A stretch of 64,000 nucleotides of DNA from contig OX597815.1 of assembly GCA_951406725.2 (NCBI GenBank), positions 76,818,001 to 76,882,000 on the forward strand, given 5' to 3'. The position numbers and the translations under genes are program-made. Positions 1 to 12,200 of this stretch are shown piece by piece. How positions within the stretch are numbered: the first letter of the stretch is position 1; each line of letters begins with the position of its first letter. The DNA is from Octopus vulgaris. Its lineage: Eukaryota. The notes under the pieces are model-generated. The model was not told the origin of the DNA. It saw only the letters and a program-made list of their open reading frames with translations, and ran no database searches.

Positions 1-1628
1 TAACTAGATACGTATATATCTATATATACATATATATAAACAAATACATATACCCAAAAGCAGCCACGCACACATATATGTATATATATACATACACATA
101 CATACTGTTAACTAAAATAACATTAAGAATCATTAAATTAAGATAATACTAATTGTTAATATATCGAAAAGGGTTAGAAGGGTAATACGTAATGTACAAA
201 AAAGAGGGGCCTAAAAGGGTAGAAAACGTAAGGATTAATATTAGGCAAAGTTCGGAAAATATTCAGATAGAGTTTACAAGAGGGATATAAACTCAACATA
301 CACATTTACAATAACTAGGGTAAACAAAAAGTGCGTTATTTGCGGAAGATACATAATTAAAAATTACACCGATTATACCGTAAAAAACCCAAAACACTCT
401 ATATCTATCGGTGTATACATGCTTATTTTTATTTTTAGTATACACCGACAATAACATTTGTACAAAGACTCATACATATGTACTTTTATACCCAAATACT
501 TACACATAAACATACATATAAGTAACAGATATACACCAATAAATCTAAATTTAATATATATATATACAGGTATACATACACTGACGTACATAAATGTACC
601 CTAAAAGAATAGACATACGTATATATCCTCCTACATACAAATATACTCCATAAGAAAATATGAATACACATCCATATGTACACGCACATACAAATCAGAG
701 TTGGGACGGTGATGATATTTATTAGCAGGTTTTCAAATAATTAAAGATTTAAAGCTCAATACGATTGGTTGGCACATTTGAATTTTAATTGTCTTAGTTA
801 CGGTTGTTTAGTTAAGATACACTTACATACATACACATGTATATGCGCGCATACACATGCACACATAGATAAACATAAGCACAGAAAAAATATATATACA
901 AAATAAGAAAATGGAGGAATACACTTTAATCAATCATCAACTACCAGATAATACCCATTCACATAATTTATTAACCAACTACATAGGAACATCAAGATCA
1001 AACACAATAATACAGAACAAAACAGTACACATCAATGAGTAATATGATACCATAAGTACAATACGTATAAATAAATATAAATATAAATAAATATAAATAT
1101 GAATATAAACTAGATCTTACAGCTGTTTCAGCCATGTAGATAGGAGTATATCATTATGCTCATATTAGCTAGGTGTGTTAAGGTCGCAAGACACCTGTTG
1201 TTATTGTCTTGTTTGTATTTTTAATTGTGTAACACTTTTCCGTGTTTTCCGTCATTGTTTTCGTTTACATTCGCTTGCTTTCTTCCAAAGAAACTAGTGC
1301 TCGTATTTTAGTTTCGAGATTGGAGCAGTTTCAAGTGTAACTGACCGAAACTGCAGGGATGATCTGGAACTCGACTGACGATGGAAAGCTCCGAATGACC
1401 CGTTCATTTTTTTCCTGTCCTTCCTTGTATCGTTTGACTGTCCTGATGTTTTGCTGTCACCTGTTACGTTCTTGTTCCATTTTTTGCATTGTTTATATAT
1501 ACATACATACACACACACACATACATATACATGCATATATATACACATACATATATATACATATACATGTACATACATATACATATATACACACAATATA
1601 TATATGCATTCACACAGACACACACACA

Positions 1629-1668
<40 letters not shown>

Positions 1669-1739
1669 TATGTTGATTCGTTAGCTTTTGCACACATATT
1701 TTTTTCTCTCCTTCTTTCTGTGTTTTTTTTCTCTGTGTA

Positions 1740-1777
1740 TCTTTCTGTTGAAGAGCGTAGGCTCGAAACGTTAAAGA
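1740..1777 (+). ncRNA. Type I hammerhead-ribozyme-like motif with variant core (U at position 6, extra A after A9)
   Basis: Folds as TCTTT-CTGTTGA-A-GAGC(GTAG)GCTC-GAA-ACGT-T-AAAGA. Stem I is TCTTT/AAAGA, stem II is GAGC/GCTC, and stem III is the minimal palindrome ACGT. A homologous copy is at 41594-41629. Confidence 0.6.
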
Positions 1778-1920
1778 CTTGTTTCATTTATATTTCCTGA
1801 GCGCCATACTAATACAATTGTTTGTTTGTATTCCACCTGCCTTCGTCTTTTGTTTATTTCCGTAAACCTGCCTTCGTCTTTTGTCTATTTTCATAAAGCT
1901 TACCGTTATATATATATACA

Positions 1921-2303
1921 GGCACAAGTGTGGCTGTCTGGTAAGAAGCATGCTTCCCAACCACATGGTTCCGGGTTCAGTTCCACTGCGTGGCACCTTG
2001 GGTGTCTTCTACTATAGCCTCGAGCCGATCAAAGCCTTGTGATTGGATTTGTTAGACGGAAACTGAAAGAAGCCCTTCGTATATATGTGTGCGAGTATTT
2101 GTGTTTTTGTGTATTTGTGTATATGTGTTTTTGTGTTTGACAACCCATGATAGTGTGTTTACATCCCTGTAACTTATTGACTCAGCAAAACAGACCGATA
2201 TAATAACTACTAGGCTTACAAGGAATAAGTCCTGGGGTGAATGTGTTTTACTAAAATTGGTGCTCCAGCATGGCCGCAGGCAAATGACTGAATCAAGTAA
2301 AAA
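1921..2303 (+). mobile_element. tRNA-derived SINE, family B (head GTGGCTGTGTGGTAAG, tail GCATGGCCGCAGTCAAATGACTGAAAC)
   Basis: tRNA-like head with A/B-box-like motifs, an internal (TG)n tract and a conserved 3' tail; many copies in the window. Confidence 0.85.
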
Positions 2304-2765
2304 ACGTCCTTTGAATGCGGCCATGCTGGAGCAGCGCCGTGTGTGCGTGTGTGTGTGTGTGTCTTGAGTTTTCCCTACAGTGCTTCACAAGCGCAGTAAC
2401 TTAACAGTTCTGCAAAATATATCGATAGAATAATAACAAAACCTAAGAGTACTGAAATGCATTTCTTTGACTAAATCCCTGAAGGTGATACCCAGCACGG
2501 CCGTAATCCAAGTCAACGAGTAAAGAGTATGCGGTCCTTTTGTTGCAGCAGGTAGCACCAACTTCAGATCACATTTTGCACTAGACATTTGTTTGGTGTT
2601 ACTTATAACAATTAAAATATGAATATTTAATTTAATAGACGGCAGTATTGGTTAGAAATTTGTGAAGTATTCCTTGCGGGATTTAAATTCGTTTGTAGCA
2701 ATTCCTTCGCCGTCAGCTTTACACTTCATCCTATATGGTTGATAAAATATGTACAGGTGGGTGAG

Positions 2766-3080
2766 GGCGCGTGGCTTAGTGGTTAGGGCATTCGGCTCAT
2801 GATCGTAAGGTTGTGAGTTCGATTCCCGGCGACGCGTTGTGTCCTTGAGCAAGACACTTTATTTCACGTTGCTCCAGTCCACTCAGCTGGCAAAAATGAG
2901 TTGTACTTGTATTTCAAAGGGTCAGCCTTGTCACTCTCTGTGTCACGCTGATTATCCCCGAGAACTACGTTAAGGGTACACGTGTCTGTGGAATGCTCAG
3001 CCATTTGCACGTTAATTTCACGAGCAAGCTGTTCTGTTGATCGTATCAGCTGGGACCCTCGTCGTCGTAACCGGCGGAGT
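2766..3080 (+). mobile_element. tRNA-derived SINE, family A
   Basis: A-box TGGCTTAGTGG and B-box GAGTTCGATTCC, followed by TGTGTCCTTGAGCAAGACACTT. Homologous segments at 28118-28262, 52108-52470 and 53533-53665. Confidence 0.85.
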
Positions 3081-4266
3081 CTTTTTATGTACAGGTGAAA
3101 TACAGACTCGATCAAATAGGCTTTCCTTCTTAAGTATGGCTTTGTTCTTTATGTCAGGAAGCAACATTTAATTTAGATATTTAATGTTAAAATAAATCAA
3201 GATTATTTATAGAAAAAAAAATTTCAAAATTATAAGTCAAGAGATATAATGACCAAATTTTCATTGTTATATTACCTTTACTGAAGGATGTCTGGAAAGT
3301 AATGCCTCTCATGATTATATCCCAGAGATAATTTATCATTATCATATTCAGCTTATATTATGGAACCAAATGTTCTTGACGTCTATTTTACGTCAATTAT
3401 TAAATAGACAGTTGCAAGAATACTTTGAGACAAGAAAAAATACCTCAGGGATGGGTTTCTAATTTTAGTAGAAAACCAGTAATTTTGAGGAGAGATGCAC
3501 TTGATGAAAGGAAATGCTGAGCTCTGCGATCCGAACTCAGACTATAAAGAGCAAAGCATCTTTCACGACGCTCTAAGTTTTATAAATATGAACTGATGGA
3601 AACAAACAGAACAAAAACTTTGGAAATGTGTTTCGATATGAAAGAATATAGTATGGGATTCGAACGTTCAGCCGTTTAACAATAACAGTGAAGAAAATGC
3701 GTGATGTTATATATCAGAGGATAAAGAGAAAAACCTCGCAAAAAAATTGTCTATATACTTGTGCACCAGTACCATCGAGTTTTTTCTTTGCATATTATAA
3801 TAGGGTTCGAATATATTCAAAAGCCACAGTCACTCGGTTATCCAACAAGCATGTTCTTTTTAGTTGCCTTTATGCTTAAAATTATATTGAAGCATATTTT
3901 CTTATACTGAATTACGTAAATTTGATATTTTTCCTAGCACTATTTGATCACATAAAGTCATCTAACACACACACACACAGATACAATCTGGTGACACGAA
4001 TTATAGTTAGATTCTCAGTCAACCTCCAGTTTACAATAATATGCTTGAAAATAGAGAGTAAATAATGGTGTTAGATTTTTACATTTTAGACAGTGTATAT
4101 TCAATATAGCGGAAGTAATTTCAGTAATAATACTTTTAAGAAATGCACGAACGACACAAGTTCAAATTTTATTTATCGTAAAAAAAAAAACGCCTTTTTT
4201 CTTTAAGGAAAAAGTAAGTTGTGCATGTTTGAATTCATAAGTATACAGAAAACAAATTCAATGTAG

Positions 4267-4641
4267 TCAAAATGTCAAATGATGAGCTTTTACATGCTTC
4301 AACATATGCTTAATTAAACGCTCTTTTTTCAAAAATGTTTTCTTACATATAAAACAAGAATATTTGCTCTTTATGTGGATTAACCGGTGTCTTCCCATAT
4401 GGTCACTCCGGGTAAACAAAGCCATACAAATATTGCACTGGTAAGGTCGAACACCTGTGTGGCTCCTGGTATGTCTTAATAAATGGTCCTTCCGGGAAAA
4501 ATGGTGACCGCACCAGTCACATTTAAATGGTTTCTTTCCATAGTGGTTTAAACGATGACGTTCCAGATGATATTGCCGCCAAAATTCCATCCCGCAAATG
4601 ATACATTCAAACGGTTTTTCCAGCGTACCTTTAAGATGCAT
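4267..4641 (-). CDS. C2H2 zinc-finger protein, four fingers (single coding exon or terminal exon)
   Basis: Four intact CxxC-x12-HxxxH fingers with linkers YGKKP and TGVRP. Candidate splice acceptor (TTTTCAG) near 4706 and minus-strand AATAAA at 4168-4173. Confidence 0.85.
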   Translation of the reverse strand: MHLKGTLEKPFECIICGMEFWRQYHLERHRLNHYGKKPFKCDWCGHHFSRKDHLLRHTRSHTGVRPYQCNICMALFTRSDHMGRHRLIHIKSKYSCFICKKTFLKKERLIKHMLKHVKAHHLTF

Positions 4642-4971
4642 AAGTTGACCATTTAAATAATGTTTTATACAATGTATTGTTGGCAGACAATAAATAAAGA
4701 ATAATCTGAAAATATCGAACTTGTTTCTTGAAAATGAGAATAAAAAATGTAACCAATCAGCACAACTGTATTTCCTGTAGGTTTAAATTCATTAGAATAT
4801 TTTGCATAACTAATAAACAAATCAGACAAGTTCAAATCAGCTAGGGCTAAGGAGAGATAGTTGAATGGACTGACCCAGTACATTAGTATTATTTTAAACT
4901 TTGTTGGACTTAAATTAACGACAAAATGAGGCGAAGCAAATAATTAAATCCTTTAATATATCCATTGATTT

Positions 4972-5199
4972 AGGCGGCGAGCTGGCAGAACCGTTAGTAC
5001 ACCGGGCAAAATGCGTAGCCGTATTTCGTCTGCCGTTACGTTCTGAGCTCAAATTCCGCCGAGGTCGACTTTGCCTTTCATCCTTTCGGGGTCGATAAAT
5101 AAAGTACCAGTTACGCACTGGGGTCGATGTAATCGACTTAATTCGTTTGTCTGTCCTTGTTTGTTCCCTCTGTGTTAGCCCTTGTGGGCAATAAAGAAA
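4972..5199 (+). mobile_element. SINE, family C (central domain GCCTTTCATCCTTTCGGGGTCGATAAA)
   Basis: Closely similar copies at 39117-39352, 32925-33118, 48255-48572, 49255-49435 and 60638-60839. Confidence 0.8.
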
Positions 5200-5384
5200 C
5201 ATATATCCAGTGATTTCATACATGGGCGTAAGACTACAAATTTGAACGAGGGGTATACTTGGATGGATTCGATTTCAGTGTATGCCTAAAATGGAATGGA
5301 TAAGTCGTCCTAATAAAATCTGAATTCAGGGAGACGAAACTAAATGTTGTCAAATATTTTCCCGATTCTGGGACTAATCCTGCT

Positions 5385-5718
5385 GCGTGGCACCTTGGGT
5401 AACTATTTTCTCCTATAACCCTGACCCAGCCAAAGCCTTATGAGTGGATTTGGTAGATGGGAACTGAAATAAGTTCGTCGGATACATATATATAAGTGTG
5501 TGTGTGTGTAGCTTTGTCCTCCACACCACTTGACAACCGGTGTTGGTTTGTTTATGTCCCCGTAACTTAGTGTTCAGCAAAAGAGACATTTAGCAAAAGT
5601 AGAAGGTTTAGAAAAATAACTACTAGGGTTGATTCATTCATCTCAAATCCTTGAAGGTGGTGTCCCAGCATGACTGCAGTCTAACAACAGAAACAAGTGA
5701 AAAGAATAAAAGATAAAA
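5385..5718 (+). mobile_element. SINE family B, 5'-truncated and diverged
   Basis: Aligns by eye to 1921-2303. Confidence 0.7.
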
Positions 5719-6905
5719 AGATTTTAGTTCAGCATTCAACCGTTTGTTCTACCTTATTCGTGTATACACTTAAATGCACTTCTATATGACCCCTTAATTC
5801 TGTTGGGACACAGTGTAATTTAGTTCGTCTATTGAGAAGCTAAAATACCACAGTTTATTTCACCATACCTCAGAAAAAGTTTGGCTTATTTATTAATAAG
5901 AGATCTGCATTAGAGTGAAAGCTGTATCCCTATATATCTTAGAAAGAATATATACATAATCTTTAATAGCATACCAGTTTTGTGGATCTTGAGAATAAAT
6001 GATTATTTCAGATCATACGAGTCAACCCAAACTAGCATTTTAATATTAACCGGAAACCAACAGTTGCATATGTACTATATTTTATTCGATATAATCATTT
6101 TTTTTGATTTGGGGAAATTGGTTCACCCGAAAACATTAGTTTTACAGTTTAGTACGATATTTATTGATTTTTTTTCCACTTTTATAGACAAGAGGCTAAA
6201 AGCTACCCAATATATAAAGTATACGTTATCTATATTGAACATACACCAAAATACTTTTGCCTTTATTTGCTGACTCTTAAATTTTCAAACGATGCTAGTT
6301 TTTTTCATATTTTTATCATGTGCGCTCACTTCATCTCTATAAATTGCATTTATTTCTGTAAAATTACATTTACTCGAAAATATTGTAAACTATCATTCTT
6401 GTAAAATCAAATTGCAAATATGATGCGACTATTGATTTCTAAAAATATAGAAAATAAACTAAAATAGATTTAAACTTCTATTTTGTTTTCTTTGTTATGC
6501 TATAAAATGTATTAACTTCGATAATCTATAACATTGTCACGTTCACGCGGCAAATTTATAAAGAATTTAGCTTTTGACATTAATATAAGTATGGCGAATT
6601 CTAAGTTGTCCAAACCAGATAAATTTCTTCATTTTATACTTAACAATTCTTGGGTTGCTTTCATGTTTCAGTGTTTCAATTCCAAATCCGCGATGATATT
6701 TCACCATTTTTCTTTTTTTTTATATCAACGAAAATCATAAAGGTTATTCACGCCATATATTGCAAGAAGACATAAAATGGTAAACTAGAATTACACATTT
6801 ATGGCTGAAAAATTCATCAATTAAACTGGAGGGCGGTTTTCTGCCAGCATAAGTATTGTGCATATTGATATTATATATACATATAAATGTGATACATATA
6901 AATTA

Positions 6906-8852
6906 CTAGCAGAGATACCCGGCGTTGCCCGGTTACATTCAATTGAAGGATTAGACTTTTCTGTTATATATATATGGATACACACACACACACACACATA
7001 TATATATGTATATTAATATAAAAACATGAAAGTACATGATGTTTGTTAAAAAAAGGGGATCATGTATATACCTCCTGGCTGTTGAGATTATAACACCTCG
7101 TTGTAAACAATGTTCCTTGTTTTTCTTTGTTTTTCCTACTCTTGAGCAGCCAACATACAGTTGCCCATGCGAGAAGCAGGGCTCTTCCAAGAGAAGACCA
7201 GCTACAGAGAGGGTTTGACCCTGAGATTTATTAATGGACAAGGCAAAGCTGACACGAAGGGGGAATTGCAGTCTTCTGAATGTAAATGGAATTTCTGCTC
7301 CTGATGGAGTAAGAGGAAATCTTGGAATAAAGACGTCATCACCTTTTCCACATCCAGAAAGAATGATCGCCTCGATAACGTGTGACATCATTTTCTTTAT
7401 CACCAGTCGTGTTCCATTGCAAAGTCTTGGTGGTTCCAGATTGCGGAGTAGCATTACAGGAGTTCCAACTTTAAGTGCTAATATGTGTGGAGGTAGTCCA
7501 GGAGACTCCAGTGAATTGAAAAATTCAGGAGGATAGTTCACAACTTCATTTATATCAGGAATTGTATCAACAGACTTGTAAGTGTGTATAGTGCCGGGAA
7601 GAGAATGCATTAGCTGTTGATTAATTTTGTTAACATCGACGTTTTTTGGAGCTAATATTGCTCTTTCACACAGCCAATTGTGAGTTTGGTAGTTTTGTGT
7701 GAAGTTGGGAAAGACTTTGTTTTTGAGGTCATCTACAGAATTAACAACAGAGGAAAATGACCACACTTCCATTTGTCCTGCAACATCGAGAGGGATCTTG
7801 CCTTCAGCAAGTGTCAAAATGTCCTGTGCAAACTTTGTGGACATTTTGTCGCCGTGTAGCTGAGCTCTCATGTTAGTGGTGAGACTGAGGATTGTAACAT
7901 GATGCCACAGGGTAGAGGACTTTAGGTATGCTTGGACTTCATCTGTTCTAGTGCCTTTCGGAATGACAAGAAGAGTTTGCCTGAAATCACCTGACAACAG
8001 AAGCGTTACACCTCCCATTGGAGCCTGACAGTCTCGGATGTCTTTCAGGGCTCTATCTAATGCTTCCAAATCTCCCTTGTGAGCCATAGTGCACTCATCC
8101 CAGACAATTAGATGACACATTTTAAGTACTTGTCCTTGATCTGAGCTTTTGTTGATGTTGCATGAAGGCATTTCGGATGCTGCTAAATTGAGAGGGAGTT
8201 TAAAAGTTGAGTGTCCTGTCCTGCCACTGGGTAACAAAGTAGCTGCAATGCCAGAGTAGGCTACAGCTACTGCAATGTCCTGATACTGCGTAACTTCTGC
8301 AAGGAGAAGCTTTGTAATAAATGTTTTTCCTGTCCCTCCAGGAGCATCGAGGGGGAAGATTCGTCCCTCGCGTTGGCGTACACTGTTAAGAATAGTTCTG
8401 TAGGCCTGCAGCTGGTCCGGAAGTAATTTAGGTTCATTTTCAACAATGTACTTTGAAAGCGCTTGAGTGTCGTAGGCTGTTTCACGAATGACAGCAATGG
8501 GAAGGCTATTTGAACCTGAGCTGAATGCTTGTGGCAGGCCATACGTCGACAATTCATTTCCACCCAGTTTAGCAATTCTGTCTTCAATGTCAATGAGTGT
8601 TTAGTTATAGATTTCATTGCTGATACCCTCCATGCCAGGATAGAGCAGTTGAGCTTGGCGCTGAAAGTCTTCAGCCAGGTTGTCTCTTTATTTGAGCCAT
8701 AGAGTGGCCGGATCACACAGTTCGCATGCCTGTAGTAATACTGCAAATAGTGCCCTGAGACTTTTAGGTGATTGTGATAAAGCAGCCTCTCCTAAAGTTG
8801 CATCCCATTGTGCACCATCTTCTAACAGTTCTCAATTTTATATAGAGAGAGA
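6906..8852 (-). mobile_element. Compact, internally deleted Helitron with both termini intact
   Basis: On the minus strand it starts A|TCTCTCTCTATATAAAA at 8852 and ends with the hairpin CCGGGCAACGCCGGG, then TATCTCTG-CTAG|T at 6906. It is inserted between A and T and contains the helicase ORF but no Rep domain. Confidence 0.85.
6951..8552 (-). CDS. Helitron PIF1-family (SF1B) helicase domain, uninterrupted ORF
   Basis: Motifs APGGTGKT, IVWDECTM, SGDFRQTL, VMLLRNL..LCNGTRL, INKSQGQTL and HGQLYVGCSR. The annotated start is TTG, and homology continues upstream with stops to about 8828. Confidence 0.8.
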   Translation of the reverse strand: MSTYGLPQAFSSGSNSLPIAVIRETAYDTQALSKYIVENEPKLLPDQLQAYRTILNSVRQREGRIFPLDAPGGTGKTFITKLLLAEVTQYQDIAVAVAYSGIAATLLPSGRTGHSTFKLPLNLAASEMPSCNINKSSDQGQVLKMCHLIVWDECTMAHKGDLEALDRALKDIRDCQAPMGGVTLLLSGDFRQTLLVIPKGTRTDEVQAYLKSSTLWHHVTILSLTTNMRAQLHGDKMSTKFAQDILTLAEGKIPLDVAGQMEVWSFSSVVNSVDDLKNKVFPNFTQNYQTHNWLCERAILAPKNVDVNKINQQLMHSLPGTIHTYKSVDTIPDINEVVNYPPEFFNSLESPGLPPHILALKVGTPVMLLRNLEPPRLCNGTRLVIKKMMSHVIEAIILSGCGKGDDVFIPRFPLTPSGAEIPFTFRRLQFPLRVSFALSINKSQGQTLSVAGLLLEEPCFSHGQLYVGCSRVGKTKKNKEHCLQRGVIISTARRYIHDPLFLTNIMYFHVFILIYIYICVCVCVYPYIYNRKV

Positions 8853-9244
8853 TAAATTGACAATATGCACATGAATTGAACAAAGACTCTGTAATAGTTT
8901 ATTCTGTAATCAGTAAAATAATCCACGACACATTTTAAAAAAACGATAATGAATATTCACTTCAGTGAATTTGAAAATAGATGCTCTGGTTGAAATTAAT
9001 GAATTACATTTACCAGCATGAAGAGTTGAGTTTTGCTATAATGTTGTTTTATTATATTCACTTATAGACTCCTTAAGTGTCTCTAGTGTCCCTTTCCTAG
9101 AAATTAAGAATAAACTTAAATACATTTCAATTAAAAGAGAGTAATGAATGTTTCACATCACTGTAGAATTTCTTTGTAGATACAATCGCCAGCAAATGGA
9201 CCCTTTTCATTTATCCGGGTTAATATTTTTATATTTTCTTTTCT

Positions 9245-12200
9245 TTACGCTCTTGATAATGCAAAATACATCTGACCATGTGCGAAGAATTGTGTTGGTA
9301 GATATACACTTATCTTTTCAAGTGTCTGACCTGGTGCTTTGTTGCATGTAAGGGCAAAGGCAGGTTTGGCAGGAAATTGCTCGCGCATAAAGGAGAAAGA
9401 GAAATCAAGCTCTTTGAGATATTTGAGGTAACCGTGGGATAAGCAGCCGGTTCCAGCATTGGGCCCCAAAGCTACTTCAGCTTCAATCACATGATTATGT
9501 AAGTTGATGATGATATAGCGCGTACCATTGGAATGACCGTTTAAAGGGTCCAGATTTCCCAGAAGCATGATGCAAATGCCTTTCTTCAGTTTAAGAATGT
9601 GTGTTGGGAAGCCTGATGGTGTAAGTTTGTTGATGAACTCGAGTAGATATTGCAGTTCATTATCTACTGTGTCAGAGGTATTATAGACTCTTTCATGACA
9701 AGGGGACTTGTTGGACATGAATTAATTCACCATTTGTTCGAGTGATAACAGTTCTATTTGCAAGCCATAGTGGGTTTGAGTAGTTTCCTTGAAGATTTGT
9801 ATATACAAAAAAGCTCAGTTCAGATATCACCATATTCCAGACAAAGTTCATTTGGCAGAGGAATTGTGAACGCACCTAAAGTTGGTAGTGTCAGAGTGTT
9901 ACCGTTTCCAATATCAAGAAGGTAGTTTGAGAACTCTTTCATCCTATTCCCGTGCATTATTTAAACATTGGTTGGTTGTCATCTCCAGGGTTTCCACGTA
10001 GTACCATAGATAAGATGTCTTGATAATTGCCTCAACTATTTGTGGTCTAGCACCATGACGCACAGCGGGAAGAATTTGCTTCCAGTCACCAGATAGTAAT
10101 ACTGTTAGACCACCAAATGTCTCTTTGCAATCTCGAACATCTTGCAAGCTCCTGTCAAGGTATTCGAAGATATGTTTATGCCCCATACTTATCTCATCAA
10201 TAATTTGCAAGTCAGCTTGCTGCATTAGTTCACCTGTGGCATCCTTCTTTGTGAAGGTGCAAGTTGATACAGCAATTACATTGATAGGAATCTTGCATTT
10301 GGAATTATGAGTTCTACCTCTGTGAAGTGGCTGCTATTCGAGATATGACGGTTGCAAGTGCAATATGTTTTTGAGATCGAATGTAATCCAGTATGATGTT
10401 GACGATGTAAGATTTTCCTGTACCTGCACTTGCATTCAAACAAAAAATTTACCTTAATTTTCATTTACTGAGGTGACGACTTCGTGGAAAACAACCAGTT
10501 GCTCAGGATGCAATGTTGGCAAAACTTCATTTATGTTTGCTTGCAGTTCTGTATTGAAATCTGTTTCTCCTATAAGAACCATACTGAGTGCTGGTGTGGT
10601 AACGATAGTTGGGTCTGGCCGAGGAAGTCCATATTTTACACGGATGCCCAAGCCCTCATGTTGAAGTCTTTGGTGGATCTTCTGTAGAACAGTCTGCACG
10701 CTTTACTCTGACATGATTTGCTCATGATGTTCATGCATGATATCCTCAGCAAGACAATTCTTCCATTTCTCCCATAATTGCAGAGGATCATCTGTCATGC
10801 AGTACAATAAGATGGTGGAGAAGATCTCTCTCAGCTGATGTCCAAATGTAATAGATGAGGCCTCTTCCATAGCTTTGTCTTTATGTCCATCTTCATCCAA
10901 CAGACCAAGCTTCCCGCATGCCTCTTGGAATATTGGAAAATCAATTACATCAATTGCCCTCAAATCTTTGTATGAAGTTGACCCAGCCTTATGATGTAAG
11001 ATCATTCTTAGGTAATACAAGTCAAACACTGATGTCTACTGAGAGATATTGTTGGAATGCGTCCAAGAGATTCACCCATTAATTGTTCATCACCATCCAG
11101 ATGCCCTTTTTTCGTCTTTGCTACTTTTTGTTTGTCTAAGTGAAAGTGCAAGTTGATTTTGGTATATTAATATACAATGTTTTTGTTTTTGCCAGTGGAC
11201 CTCTAATATTCAGCTGAAAATATTCAGTCAGCTTAGTCACTGGCTGTCCCCTAGAAACAACACTTTCCTCTTGTACCTGCTGGTATGCTACCATTTGTTT
11301 GCCAGGTAAATGGCAAGGCAGCTTCTCAACTGGAGATTTGCGATGATGAAACGGAAATTTATAAGTTTCCCAGAATGCTTCACTGGCTGAGATGTACCGT
11401 GCATAATATATGTTTCAATCTCATTTTTGACATGGACACAGTTATCTTGATCATCCTTAATAGTGAAAGTGATCTTGTCTGATCCTTTCCGGGTGTATTT
11501 TTATAAATACTTAACAGCCTTGACAACTGATGTGGCATTAATATCTCAATGACAGGAAAGGGTTGTATGGAGCAATCCACTGATTATCAACGTTGAATTC
11601 TTGACCTCAAGTTGGATTGTATGGGTATGACCCCATACTGTCTATCCCTCCTCCTATATTCAGGAAAGGAAATTTTGGCAACAAATGTGGCTTGCCTGAA
11701 TGCCTTAGGATAACCTTTAAAGCAATGGTGTTGTCCTAGCCCTTCCATACACGAAGACATTATACTAGCTTGTCCACATAGGCCATGAATGTTGCAGGAT
11801 GTGATGATCTTATGAAGAATTGAATTAGTCACTTTAAAAGGAATTTCACAGTAAACTACCTAAACAATAGCATTTGCAGTCTTGGGCTTGCTATCTTCAG
11901 TCATTAACAGCAGAATATGAGCATGAACGAGGCCTCGTTTCTGCCACTCTACTGTGGCAGAATGAGATATTTTGTTTTAGTATATCATCCATGAAGCTGT
12001 CATACTTGATCTTGAATACTCTTGCACATATATCAGGACAGTCCATAGTTTACCGGGGTACAGACTATTTTTATAATTTCATGCCATTTAGGATTGGGTA
12101 TCACTGTAATGAAATAAGATGGCTTTCCCATATATTAAACTACAGTCATTGAGTTTTGGAAGCACTCATCATAGAAGCGAAGGGAACCATAGATTGAAGG

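Noticed and set aside
2261-2333. 18-bp perfect inverted repeat
   Set aside because: Explained by two SINE-B tail fragments in opposite orientation.
2766-2835. tRNA gene-like sequence
   Set aside because: It continues directly into a multi-copy SINE body, so it is a SINE head rather than a tRNA gene.
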